The notes: generated by a model from the sequence alone, not told the origin. A stretch of DNA of 64,000 bases from Desulfobacterales bacterium (GCA_963674755.2 CAXXVS010000002.1:128001-192000), one strand, 5' to 3'; shown: positions 10,454 through 19,915, counted from the first letter of the stretch. Made by a program: numbers and translations.

Positions 10454-10599
10454 TTAGAACGTATCTCAAAATTAAGATCAGGGTTCCTGACAAGGCGTGG
10501 GACGGCGAAAAAGCGGAGCATACACGAAGTATGTGAGCATTTTGAGCCGGCTCACAACGCCGTCAGGGGCACTTAGATTATTTTTGAGATACGTTCTAA
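10454..10599. mobile_element. MITE/ERIC-like element with terminal inverted repeats
   Basis: TTAGAACGTATCTCAAAA ... TTTTGAGATACGTTCTAA; core CAAGGCG...GGAGCATACACGAAGTATGTGA...CAACGC. Confidence 0.8.
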
Positions 10600-10634
10600 C
10601 CGTGACAGCGGTTTCCCAGGGGGAAGGAGAAGCC

Positions 10635-11396
10635 ATGATTTTGAAGCAATTTGATCTTACCGGGAAGGTGGCCATCGTGACCGGGAGCAGCACCGGTCTG
10701 GGGGCCGGAATGGCGCTGGGTCTGGCCGAGGCCGGGGCGGATATCGTCGGGGTCTACAATCGGGACGCTCCGGAAAACGCGGGCCAGATCGAAGCATTGG
10801 GGCGCCGTTTCGTGGGGGTTCAGGCCGACCTGAGCACCACCGCCCCGCTGGCGAAGATCGTTGCGCAAGCCGTGGAAGCGCTTGGCCGCGTGGACATCCT
10901 GGTCAACAATGCCGGTATCATCAGGCGCAACAAGGCCCTCGATTTTTCCGAAGAGGACTGGGACGACGTGATGAACGTCAACCTGAAATCCCTGTTCTTT
11001 CTCTCCCAGGCAGCGGCCCGGCAGTTCGTCAAACAGGAATCCGGCGGCAAGATTATCAATATCGCTTCTATGCTGTCTTTCCAGGGGGGCATCCTGGTGC
11101 CCTCCTACACGGCCAGCAAAAGCGGCGTGATGGGGCTTACCCGTCTGCTGGCCTGCGAGTGGGCCCCCCACGGCATCAACGTCAATGCCATCGCCCCGGG
11201 CTACATGGCCACCCGCAACACCCGGCCCATCCAGGACGATCCGGTGCGCAACACGCAGATCCTGGCCCGCATCCCGGCCGGCCGCTGGGGAACGCCCGAA
11301 GATCTTCAAGGCACGGTGGTCTTTCTGGCTTCGGCCGCATCGGACTATATGCAGGGGTATACGATTGCGGTGGATGGGGGCTGGCTGGCACGCTAG
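10635..11396 (+). CDS. kduD: 2-dehydro-3-deoxy-D-gluconate 5-dehydrogenase
   Basis: SDR motifs TGSSTGLG, NNAGIIRR, ASMLSFQGGI and YTASKS; SD AAGGAG. Confidence 0.95.
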   Translation: MILKQFDLTGKVAIVTGSSTGLGAGMALGLAEAGADIVGVYNRDAPENAGQIEALGRRFVGVQADLSTTAPLAKIVAQAVEALGRVDILVNNAGIIRRNKALDFSEEDWDDVMNVNLKSLFFLSQAAARQFVKQESGGKIINIASMLSFQGGILVPSYTASKSGVMGLTRLLACEWAPHGINVNAIAPGYMATRNTRPIQDDPVRNTQILARIPAGRWGTPEDLQGTVVFLASAASDYMQGYTIAVDGGWLAR

Positions 11397-11398
11397 CC

Positions 11399-11542
11399 CG
11401 TGTCCGTCCAGAAATGGTCTTTTTTGCCTCGGTCGGCGTTTACTTCGGGTTTAGCGGCTGCAACGTACGAAAGTACGCTTCGCCGCAACCCCTCGTGTGG
11501 CCTTGACCAAAACAAAAAATCCTTATTTCTGAACCGGACACG
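11399..11542. repeat. ERIC-like/MITE element, opposite orientation
   Basis: Ends CGTGTCCGTCCAGAAAT / ATTTCTGAACCGGACACG; core GGCGTT...CGTACGAAAGTACG...GGCCTTG. Confidence 0.7.
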
Positions 11543-11571
11543 TTCGGTTTTGTTCGGAATCATATCCCTTT

Positions 11572-12723
11572 TTAGATGTCGAGATCTTCCAGAGCCACCC
11601 ATTTGCCGAGCTTTTCGGACAGCAGGGCGGCTTCGGCCAGTTGCACGCCTTTGGCGCCTTCCCGCAGATTCCAGGGAAAGGGCTCATCCAACACGACATG
11701 CCGCAGGAAATGCTCCCACTGGGCCCGGAAGGGATTTAAGTAGTCTTCCTGGTCAGGCACCCGGCCCCATTGGTCGCGGTAGGGCTCCGTGTTCGGGCGT
11801 TCGGGATCCCAGACCGGCCGGGGCGTTTGACCGTAATGCTGGAGCGCGCATTCCCGCAGGCCGGCCGAAGCCGATCCCTGGGTGCCGTCCACTTTGACGG
11901 TCAACAGGTCGTCGCGATGGACGCGTTCGGCCCAGGAGCAGGAGACACGGGCCACGATGTCTTCTTCCAGCCGCAGGAGAAGGTAGGCCGCATCTTCCAC
12001 GTCGCAGCGGTAGCGCCGGCCGTTTTCGTCGATTCGTTCCGGGATGTGGGTAGCCATGTGGCAGAACACCTGGCGGATGGGGGCGATAAGATTGTCCAGG
12101 ATGCAGCGGATGTGGGGCATCATGTCCAGGACGATGCCGCCCTGGGTTTCCTGGCGGTAGTTCCAACTGGGCCGCTGGGCCGGAACCGTGTGGCCCTCGA
12201 ATATCCAGTAGCCGAACTCGATCTGGACCGACAGGATCCGGCCGAAAAAGCCGTTTTCGACCAGGCGCCGGAGTTTGATCAGACCCGGGAGCCAGAGTTT
12301 GTCCTGCACTACTCCATGTTTGAGGCCCTTGTCCCGGCAGGCCCGGTAGAGGGCCATGGCGGTATCGGTGTCGGTGGCCGTGGGTTTTTCGCAATAGATG
12401 TGTTTGCCGGCCTGGATGGCCTGCTGGATGGCCTCGGCCCGCAGGCCGGTGACCTGGGCGTCGAAATAGACCGGGTAGGCGTCGTTGTCGAGGTAGGGGG
12501 CGAGCGCCGTGGCGACCGCGGTCACCCCGGACTGGCGGGCCAGGGCGGCCAGTTTTTCCGGGTTGCGCCCGATGAGGACCGGATCGGGCAGAATGACTTC
12601 GCCGGGCTGGAGCACCAACCCGCCTTCGTTGCGGATAGCGGCAATGGCACGCAGCAGGTGCTGGCGGGTCCCCATGCGGCCGGTAACGCCGTTCATGATG
12701 ATGCCCAGGCGGTGTTCTTTCAT
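11572..12723 (-). CDS. Gfo/Idh/MocA oxidoreductase
   Basis: NGVTGRMG and HIYCEKP motifs. Confidence 0.9.
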   Translation of the reverse strand: MKEHRLGIIMNGVTGRMGTRQHLLRAIAAIRNEGGLVLQPGEVILPDPVLIGRNPEKLAALARQSGVTAVATALAPYLDNDAYPVYFDAQVTGLRAEAIQQAIQAGKHIYCEKPTATDTDTAMALYRACRDKGLKHGVVQDKLWLPGLIKLRRLVENGFFGRILSVQIEFGYWIFEGHTVPAQRPSWNYRQETQGGIVLDMMPHIRCILDNLIAPIRQVFCHMATHIPERIDENGRRYRCDVEDAAYLLLRLEEDIVARVSCSWAERVHRDDLLTVKVDGTQGSASAGLRECALQHYGQTPRPVWDPERPNTEPYRDQWGRVPDQEDYLNPFRAQWEHFLRHVVLDEPFPWNLREGAKGVQLAEAALLSEKLGKWVALEDLDI

Positions 12724-12772
12724 GGCGTCTCGCTTCCTGAAGTGGGGGTCCGGGTTTCCTTCCTGGGCCATG

Positions 12773-13870
12773 CTATCGGAAGGGCCTGCGGGCCGGAGTC
12801 CGTTTCAAGGGAAGATGAACCGGGCGTCCGCCGGCCAGGGCCGAGCGGTAGATGGCCAGAATGATTTCGATGGACTTGCGGCCCTCGGGGCCGTCCACCA
12901 TGGGGGCGGATCCTTTTTTGAGCGCTTTCACCATATCCTCGAAGGCCCTCTGGTGGGGCACGAAATCGATGGCCGCCGGGTCGGCGGCACCGGCGCCGGG
13001 GTCGTCCGCTGGGGCAAACTTTGCCCGGATCTTGCGGTCCGCAGCGTGCTTGCGGCGGAATTCCCATACGGTAAAGCTGTTGTCCTGCATGAAGATCGAC
13101 CCGTCCGACCCGCACATGTGGACTTCGGCCGGGTTGCCCGCAGGCGCGTAGCAGGCCGTGGAACCCTCGATGACCCCCAGGGCACCGTTTTTGAATTTAA
13201 GGACGGCCACGGCATTGTCTTCGGTTTCGATGCGCACATGACTGCGGCGATCGGCAAAGCCGCAGACCCATTCGACGTCTCCGGCCAGGTAGTAAAGCAG
13301 GTCGATGGTGTGGATGGACTGATTGATGAGGGCGCCGCCCCCATCCAGCTTCCAGGTCCCGCGCCAGGCCCCGCTGTCATAGTAGTCCTGGGTGCGGTAC
13401 CATTTGATGTAGGCGTCCGCCAGGCTGATGCGCCCCAGCCGCCCGGCCGCCACGGCCTTTTTGAACTGCTGGGTGGCCTCCAGGAAACGGCGCTGGAAAA
13501 TGCCTGCCAGCATGACGCCGTTTTCACGACAGGCCCGGATCATGCGGTCCACCCGTTCGAGGGTGACTTCCAACGGTTTTTCGCAGATGACGTGCTTGCC
13601 GGCCCGGGCCGCCTGTTCGGCCGGTTCCAGGTGCGCCCCGCTGGGGGTGGCGATGGCCACGATGTCCAACGCCGGGTCGGCCAGGAAGGCCTGATAATCC
13701 GAATAGGCGCTGCAGCCATAACGATCGGCCAGGCGCTGGGCATTGGTCGGCTGGCGTGAAAACACGCCGACCAGGCGGCCGCCCCGCATGGCGCTGATGG
13801 CCTGGGCATGGAAATCGGCCACCATGCCGCAGCCGACGATCCCGATGCCGAAATTGTTTTTCTTCGCCAT
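12773..13870 (-). CDS. Gfo/Idh/MocA oxidoreductase
   Basis: IVGCGMV, ICEKPL and GGGALINQSIH motifs. Confidence 0.92.
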   Translation of the reverse strand: MAKKNNFGIGIVGCGMVADFHAQAISAMRGGRLVGVFSRQPTNAQRLADRYGCSAYSDYQAFLADPALDIVAIATPSGAHLEPAEQAARAGKHVICEKPLEVTLERVDRMIRACRENGVMLAGIFQRRFLEATQQFKKAVAAGRLGRISLADAYIKWYRTQDYYDSGAWRGTWKLDGGGALINQSIHTIDLLYYLAGDVEWVCGFADRRSHVRIETEDNAVAVLKFKNGALGVIEGSTACYAPAGNPAEVHMCGSDGSIFMQDNSFTVWEFRRKHAADRKIRAKFAPADDPGAGAADPAAIDFVPHQRAFEDMVKALKKGSAPMVDGPEGRKSIEIILAIYRSALAGGRPVHLPLKRTPARRPFR

Positions 13871-14111
13871 GGGGGACCTCCTTTTCAGGGGATGCGAGGG
13901 GGGAAGCAGAATCGTGACGGCGCCTGTCAGTGCTGCCTGGAATTGTGAAACATGAATGGTTACTACTGTATCGCCGGGGGCGCTGTCAATACGACCTGAA
14001 AAGGGTTGTCAAGACCGAAAGCGTGTGCTTTTGGAGGTTATGGATGGATAGACCGGCGGGCATCGGATGATCCCGCCCGTGTTGGGAATGGGATCGAAAG
14101 GGGGAACGGCT

Positions 14112-15104
14112 ATGCACACGCTCAAATGGGGTATTATCGGATGCGGCGATATCGTCCGGCGCCGGGTGGCGCCGGCCCTGGCAACGCTGCCCGGCTGCGA
14201 AATCGCGGCCGTGGCCCGCCGCAATCCGGACGGCCTCGAGGATTGCTGCCGTGAACTGCAGGCCGGACGGGGGCATGCCGACTGGCGGGACCTGGTGCAG
14301 GACGCCGCCCTCGATGCGGTGTATATCGCCACACCGGTTAGCGTCCATTGCGAACAGGTCCTTGGGGCCCTGGCAAACGGCAAGCATGTGCTCTGCGAAA
14401 AGCCTTTGGGCATGGATGCGGCCGAGTGCCGGCAAATGCTGGCGGCCGGCCGGCAGGGCGCGGCCGCGCTCGGCGTGGCCTATTACCGCCACTACTATCC
14501 CGCGGTTCTCAGGCTGAAGGAGATCATGGCGTCGGGAGAGATCGGCGATGTTCTTTCCATGACCCTGACCGCCTGCGAGACATTTCTTCCGGAGGAGACC
14601 CATCCCCGCCGCTGGATTCTGGACAAATCCACGGCGGGCGGGGGCAGCCTGATGGATTTCGGCTGCCATCGCATCGAAATCCTGCTGCATCTTCTGGGCC
14701 GGGAAACCGCGGCCGGCGGGGTCTGGGGCAACGTTTACAACGATCACGACGTGGAGGATACCGCCACGCTGGCCGTTCGTTTCGAAACCGGCGCCACGGG
14801 CGTCGTGAGCGTCACACGGGGCGGCACCCTCGAACGGGATGTCGTCCAGGTTCAGGGAACCCGGGGCATGGCGCAGGTCGATCATCTGAACGGCGGTTGG
14901 CTGACCGTGACCGGTGATGCCGGGACCCGGCAGGAGACCCTGCCCTGCCACGCCAACCCCCACCTCCCTCTGATCGAGGCCTTCTGTCGTGCGATTGGGG
15001 AAAAGCGGCCGCCCGACGTCGGCGCCGAAACCGGCTGGCGGGTCCAGCGCATCATCGACGCCGTCTACCGGAATACCGCCTTCACCGACGGAGACATGTC
15101 ATGA
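14112..15104 (+). CDS. Gfo/Idh/MocA oxidoreductase
   Basis: IIGCGDI, LCEKPL and GGGSLMDFGCH motifs. Confidence 0.9.
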   Translation: MHTLKWGIIGCGDIVRRRVAPALATLPGCEIAAVARRNPDGLEDCCRELQAGRGHADWRDLVQDAALDAVYIATPVSVHCEQVLGALANGKHVLCEKPLGMDAAECRQMLAAGRQGAAALGVAYYRHYYPAVLRLKEIMASGEIGDVLSMTLTACETFLPEETHPRRWILDKSTAGGGSLMDFGCHRIEILLHLLGRETAAGGVWGNVYNDHDVEDTATLAVRFETGATGVVSVTRGGTLERDVVQVQGTRGMAQVDHLNGGWLTVTGDAGTRQETLPCHANPHLPLIEAFCRAIGEKRPPDVGAETGWRVQRIIDAVYRNTAFTDGDMS

Positions 15105-16105
15105 TACGCATTCCCCTGGACGTCATGCAGGATGTTTTGGGCCGCACCCTGGCCCAGGTGGGTTTCGAAGAAGAGCGCGCTTTCCGCTGCGCATCGATTT
15201 TTGTCGAGAACAGTGCCGTGGGCGTGTCCTCCCACGGGTTGAACCGTTTCCCCCAATTTGTCGATTTCGTCCGTCGGGGCATCGTCGATCCCACGGCCGC
15301 AATATCCTGCGTGGTCCGCCTGGGCGCCTGGGAACAATGGGACGGACATCTGGGGCCCGGCCCCCTCAATGCGTTCGACGCCACCCAAAGGGCCATGGCC
15401 CTGGCCCGGCAATACGGCATCGGCTGTGTGGGGCTGAAGCAGACCAATCATTGGATGCGGGGCGGCTATTACGGCTGGATGGCGGCGGAAACGGGGCTGG
15501 CCCTGATGGCCTGGACCAACACCACCCCCAACATGCCCCCCTGGGGCGCCCGGGACTGCCGTCTGGGCAACAACCCCCTCGTGCTGGCCGTGCCGCGCAC
15601 AAGCGGCCCGGTGGTTCTGGACATGGCCATGAGCCAGTTTTCATACGGCCGGCTCGACAACACTCTGCGGGAGGGGAGGGCGCTGCCCGTGCCGGGCGGC
15701 TACGATGCGAACGGCCAACTGACCACGGACCCCGGGGACATCCTGCGCAGCCAGCGCGTCCTGCCCATCGGCTTCTGGAAGGGGGCCGGCCTGTCCCTGC
15801 TGCTGGACAGCTGGGCCGCCCTGGTCTCCGGGGGAGATGCCACCTGCCGCATCGGCCGCCGGGAGCCCGAATACGGCGTCTCCCAGGTATACATCGCGGT
15901 CGATGTCGCCCGTATCGGCGGCGAGGAAACCGTCGAGGGGGTGATGGCGGCGATTGTCGCCGATCTGCACGCGGCCCAGGCCGAGGAGGGTGAGGCCGGG
16001 GTGCGCTATCCCGGCGAACGGGTTAGCCGGCTGCGCCGGGAGAGCGTGGCGAAAGGGGTTCCGGTGGACGAGGCCATCTGGGAGCGGGTGCGGGCCGGAC
16101 TATAG
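15101..16105 (+). CDS. yiaK: 2,3-diketo-L-gulonate reductase (Ldh_2 family)
   Basis: SHGLNRFP, NHWMRGG.YGW, MPPWG, LGNNP and DMAMSQFSYG motifs. Confidence 0.9.
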   Translation: MIRIPLDVMQDVLGRTLAQVGFEEERAFRCASIFVENSAVGVSSHGLNRFPQFVDFVRRGIVDPTAAISCVVRLGAWEQWDGHLGPGPLNAFDATQRAMALARQYGIGCVGLKQTNHWMRGGYYGWMAAETGLALMAWTNTTPNMPPWGARDCRLGNNPLVLAVPRTSGPVVLDMAMSQFSYGRLDNTLREGRALPVPGGYDANGQLTTDPGDILRSQRVLPIGFWKGAGLSLLLDSWAALVSGGDATCRIGRREPEYGVSQVYIAVDVARIGGEETVEGVMAAIVADLHAAQAEEGEAGVRYPGERVSRLRRESVAKGVPVDEAIWERVRAGL

Positions 16106-16137
16106 GATCGAAGACGGTCGGTCCTGCGCGCTGCAGA

Positions 16138-16725
16138 TCAGCTGCCCAGGTGGTCGATGAGCCTTCCGCTGGTTTGGCGCAGGTACTGGCTCATCTGCTT
16201 GGCGATCTTGAGGACCAGGGTGATGCCGATGCCCGGCAGGGCCTCATTGAGGCTTTGGAACTGCTCGGCCGTCATGACGAACAGGAGAGCGTCCGAACCG
16301 GTGACGGCCGACGCCGAACGCGGTTCCCCGTCGATGATTGACATCTCGCCGATGGTTTTACCCGGTCCCAGGGACGTGATTTTTTTGGGCGTGCGGTGGG
16401 AATCGAATTTGATCACATCCACCCGGCCCTTGACGATCAGGACCATATAGGCGTTTTTTTCGCCCTCGCAGAACAGGACGGTATCCTGGGAAACCCCGTA
16501 GACGCTCATGTAGCGGACGAGTTTTTTGATCCGCTCGAAACTGAATTCCATGGACCAGCGGGTGGCATCGAGCAGTTCGCTTTTTGCGATAATCGAAAGA
16601 TCTTGCCGCTCCAGGGCGAGCAACCCCGGTGCATTCTTCAACTCTTGGGCCGAGAGCATGCTGGACCTCGCTTTTCTTGGACCGGGCCTGGGGGCGATTC
16701 TCCTCAGGACGCGCCGGTCGATCAA
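16138..16725 (-). CDS. Cyclic-nucleotide-binding domain protein without HTH (start uncertain)
   Basis: LFCEGE and GEMSIIDGEPRSAS phosphate-binding cassette. Confidence 0.85.
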   Translation of the reverse strand: MIDRRVLRRIAPRPGPRKARSSMLSAQELKNAPGLLALERQDLSIIAKSELLDATRWSMEFSFERIKKLVRYMSVYGVSQDTVLFCEGEKNAYMVLIVKGRVDVIKFDSHRTPKKITSLGPGKTIGEMSIIDGEPRSASAVTGSDALLFVMTAEQFQSLNEALPGIGITLVLKIAKQMSQYLRQTSGRLIDHLGS

Positions 16726-16870
16726 ACAGGCCGCCTTTTGCCGCTATCGGCCATTTGCTGAAAAACCTTGAGCGCTTTGACCGGCGGTGCGGCGGGAGGG
16801 TGAAGCGGGCGCCGGGCGCGGTTTCCCCGTGGCGGCTTTCGGCGCCGGCGGCGGCATCCTGCGGATGGCC

Positions 16871-17464
16871 CTATGCTTTGGGGCGTGAAATGGATCGCAA
16901 GAAGCGATCCGTCAGGACTTGCTCCACTTCGGGCGTGATGTGCTCCGGCATTTCGGCCATGGCGTGGCGCACGGCGATGTCGATCATTTCGTCGCGCAGG
17001 TTGTGGCAGGCTTCCCGGTGGCGCGTTTCGACCAGCTGGCGGGCTTTGAGCAGGCGTCTTTCCGCTTCCTGCCGGGCCTCCGCGATAATCGTACGACGTT
17101 CTTCCTCGCCTTCGGCCACCATGCGCCGGTGCAGATCGGCGGCCCTTTGCTGGCGGTCCTCCAGCAGGGCGCGCAGGGATCGGATCTCTTCTTCGATACG
17201 GCCTTTCTGGCCTTCCAGTTTTTCCATCTTATCCTTGATCGCATCCCGCCGGGCGTTCAGGAAGTTTCCCAAGGGCTGGCGAAGCAGTTTGATGAGCACG
17301 GTCGTCAGGATAACAAAATTGACCCACATCATGACGGTGTCATAGGTTGGACGCCAGCCGCCGGCGGCCAATGCGGCCGGGGCCTGCAGCAGGTCCAACG
17401 CGGCCGCCGCCGTGGCCAGCCCCGCGGTCATGACGACCTTTTGGTTGACGGTCCGCACGGTCAA
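16871..17464 (-). CDS. atpF: ATP synthase F0 subunit b
   Basis: WVNFVIL TM segment, PL..FL..RR, coiled coil. Confidence 0.85.
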   Translation of the reverse strand: MTVRTVNQKVVMTAGLATAAAALDLLQAPAALAAGGWRPTYDTVMMWVNFVILTTVLIKLLRQPLGNFLNARRDAIKDKMEKLEGQKGRIEEEIRSLRALLEDRQQRAADLHRRMVAEGEEERRTIIAEARQEAERRLLKARQLVETRHREACHNLRDEMIDIAVRHAMAEMPEHITPEVEQVLTDRFLRSISRPKA

Positions 17465-17910
17465 GGCCTCCGATCGAGCAGGTGCTGGATGATGGCTGTG
17501 GTCAGCTGCGCCGCCTCGGCTTCGGTCTGCCGGCGCGCAACCATCAGCGAGGTCTTGAGTTGCTTTTCAGTCGCCAGATACTGATGCTTGATGTCGCTCA
17601 GGGCCTGGTCGACCAACCGGTCGGCTTCCTGCCGCCCCGTCTGCCGCAGTTCTTCGACGGTGCGGCGGGCCGTTGCCTGCAACCGTCGTTCTTCCGCCCG
17701 GGTCTCCCTGAGAAGGGTCCCCATCTCCTCCTTCAATCGAAGGATCGTCCGCCGGAGATCGGCGAAATGGTCTTCCCGCTCCGCCAGGTTGCGGCGCACC
17801 GGCCGGAACATGATCCGGTTGATCAGGAACAAAAAGACGAGAAAGATGATCATCTGAACCCAGAGGGTTTCATTGATCGTGATCAAGGCGTTGGTTTTGA
17901 TGATCTCCAT
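17461..17910 (-). CDS. ATP synthase F0 subunit b'
   Basis: TLWVQMIIFL..LINRIMFRPV...ERE, coiled coil. Confidence 0.85.
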   Translation of the reverse strand: MEIIKTNALITINETLWVQMIIFLVFLFLINRIMFRPVRRNLAEREDHFADLRRTILRLKEEMGTLLRETRAEERRLQATARRTVEELRQTGRQEADRLVDQALSDIKHQYLATEKQLKTSLMVARRQTEAEAAQLTTAIIQHLLDRRP

Positions 17911-17961
17911 GGAGGTCTTGCGCTTCCTTGTCTCCCCTTACTCGGGGGGTGGGCCGCGATG

Positions 17962-18210
17962 CTACACGACGAACAGGAGCAGCAGCGCGATCACCAGGGA
18001 GTAGATCCCCGTGGATTCGGCCACCGCCTGCCCGACCAGCATGGTGCGGGTCAACAGCCCGGCTTCCTTGGGATTGCGGCCGATGGCTTCGCAGGCCTTC
18101 GCCGCTGTCATGCCTTCCCCGACACCGGGACCGATGGCACCCAGCCCCATGGAAATGCCGGCCCCCAAAAGCGCCGCCGCTTTGACCAGATCTGCTCCTT
18201 CAATCGCCAT
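17962..18210 (-). CDS. atpE: ATP synthase subunit c, Na+-type
   Basis: GPGVGEG and QAVAESTGIY, i.e. E32/E65/S66/T67/Y70 in Ilyobacter/Fusobacterium numbering. Confidence 0.95.
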   Translation of the reverse strand: MAIEGADLVKAAALLGAGISMGLGAIGPGVGEGMTAAKACEAIGRNPKEAGLLTRTMLVGQAVAESTGIYSLVIALLLLFVV

Positions 18211-18260
18211 TGGATGTCTCCTTTGCCGGTTCGATCAGGTTTTTTGTTGAGTGCCCTCCG

Positions 18261-19244
18261 TCAGACGACAAAAATCAGGGCCAGGCTGACCACCATGGCA
18301 TAGATGGCCGTGGACTGGGATACGGCCTGCCCCACCAGCATGATGCGCATCAGATCGCCGGCATATTCGATGCGCCGCGCCACCCAGCGCACCGCCCCTT
18401 CGGCGGTGGCCCCGTTGCCAATGCCGGGACCGATGCCGCCCAGCCCCATGCACAGGCCGGCGCTGAACAGCGCGACCGAAGCACTCAGGGTCGAGGATGC
18501 CGGGAAGGTGCGGAACATCAGGATGAAACTCACTAGAAGCCCGAACACGGACGGCGTCTGGGCCACGGCCTGGCCCACCAGCATGGTCGTTGTGACGGCC
18601 GTGGCGGTTTCCGGCTGGCGGGCGATCCCTTCACAGCTGGCGCCGGCGGCCAGGCCGCCGCCATAGCCGGAGCCGATGGCGGCCAGCCCCGTGCTCAATC
18701 CGGCCCCGATCAGGGCGGCGCCGGTGGGAAAGGCCGCCACCCCGGCCGTGGGTTTGAACAGCAGGATCAGGGATACCACCATGGCAAAGATGGCCGGGGT
18801 CTGGCAGACCGCCGTGCCGATCAGCATATTGGTGGTGATGCGCCCGGAAATGGCGGGTTGGCGTGCGATGGCCAGGCAGGACCGTCCGGCCGGCACACCG
18901 GCGCCGACCCCGGAGCCGATGGCCCCGAACCCCATGCACAGCCCGGCGGCCAGGAGGGAGGCGGCTTTGACGATCCCCGGATCCGGAATGTCCATGAACA
19001 GCAGAAGGATGGCGATGACCAGAGAAAAGATCGATGCCGACTCGGAGATGGCCTGCCCCACCAGCATGTTCTTGACGATGTCGCCGGCATGCTCCCGGTC
19101 GCGGGCCATGGCCTCGGAGGCCTGGCTGGCGGTATAGCCTTCGCCGGTGGCCGCCCCGATGGCCCCGAAGCCCATGGCGACGGCCCCGCCGATGTAGGCT
19201 GCGGTCTGTGTTAAGGACAGGTTGTCGAAGGCCGGCAGGCTCAT
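18261..19244 (-). CDS. Fused four-hairpin ATP synthase c-like subunit (327 aa)
   Basis: Four tandem c-type hairpins; start overlaps the atpB stop (ATGA). Confidence 0.9.
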   Translation of the reverse strand: MSLPAFDNLSLTQTAAYIGGAVAMGFGAIGAATGEGYTASQASEAMARDREHAGDIVKNMLVGQAISESASIFSLVIAILLLFMDIPDPGIVKAASLLAAGLCMGFGAIGSGVGAGVPAGRSCLAIARQPAISGRITTNMLIGTAVCQTPAIFAMVVSLILLFKPTAGVAAFPTGAALIGAGLSTGLAAIGSGYGGGLAAGASCEGIARQPETATAVTTTMLVGQAVAQTPSVFGLLVSFILMFRTFPASSTLSASVALFSAGLCMGLGGIGPGIGNGATAEGAVRWVARRIEYAGDLMRIMLVGQAVSQSTAIYAMVVSLALIFVV

Positions 19245-19915
19245 TTCAATTGTACCGAAATATAGACTACTGTGAGCATGGTAAAAACGAAGGCCTGGAT
19301 GGTTCCCACGAAAAGCCCGAAAAAGGCGTTCAGGAACGGCGGCAACAGGATGCTGAAGCACAGGTGGGAGACCACCAGAATAATGATGGCGCCGCCCATG
19401 ATGTTGCCAAAAAGACGGAAGGAGATGGAAACGATCTTGGCCAGTTCGCCGATGACATTCAAGGGCATCAGGAAAAAAACCGGTTCGAAATAGGATTTGA
19501 TATAGAGTTTAAAGCCTTTCTCTTTGATGCCCACGTAATGGGCGATGACAAATCCCAGAATTCCCAGGCTCAGGGGTGTGTTGAGATCCCGGGAGGGTTC
19601 TTCGAGGTGGGGCAGGATCCCCAGCCAGTTGGATAGCAGAAGGAAGATGAATAAAGCGCAGATCAGGGGGGCGTAGGTCTTGGCGTGGGTTTTCCCCAGG
19701 GCCTCTTCGGTCAGGCCGTAGAACTGGGTCAGCACCGCTTCGCCGATGATCTGAAACGGTCCGGGCAGAAGGCCCTTTTTGCGGCCGGCGGCAAAGCCCA
19801 AGGATAGGGCCAAAAGGACGACGATAGCGGTCATCACCAGCACTTCCAGGTTAATGGTGACCATGTAGCCGGGCAGCGGTATGATCAGCTGATGAATTTC
19901 ACCCAATCGATCCAA
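19241..19915 (-). CDS. atpB: ATP synthase F0 subunit a (TTG start)
   Basis: SISFRLFGNIMGG with the stator Arg; IQAFVFTML; SD GAGG. Confidence 0.95.
   Translation of the reverse strand: MDRLGEIHQLIIPLPGYMVTINLEVLVMTAIVVLLALSLGFAAGRKKGLLPGPFQIIGEAVLTQFYGLTEEALGKTHAKTYAPLICALFIFLLLSNWLGILPHLEEPSRDLNTPLSLGILGFVIAHYVGIKEKGFKLYIKSYFEPVFFLMPLNVIGELAKIVSISFRLFGNIMGGAIIILVVSHLCFSILLPPFLNAFFGLFVGTIQAFVFTMLTVVYISVQLK

Noticed and set aside
9957..10576. ORFs with 49-aa repeats (10049..10576, 9957..10493, 10141..10536)
   Set aside because: By-products of a 147-bp (divisible by 3) GC-rich palindromic DNA repeat; open in several frames with no protein-like signal.
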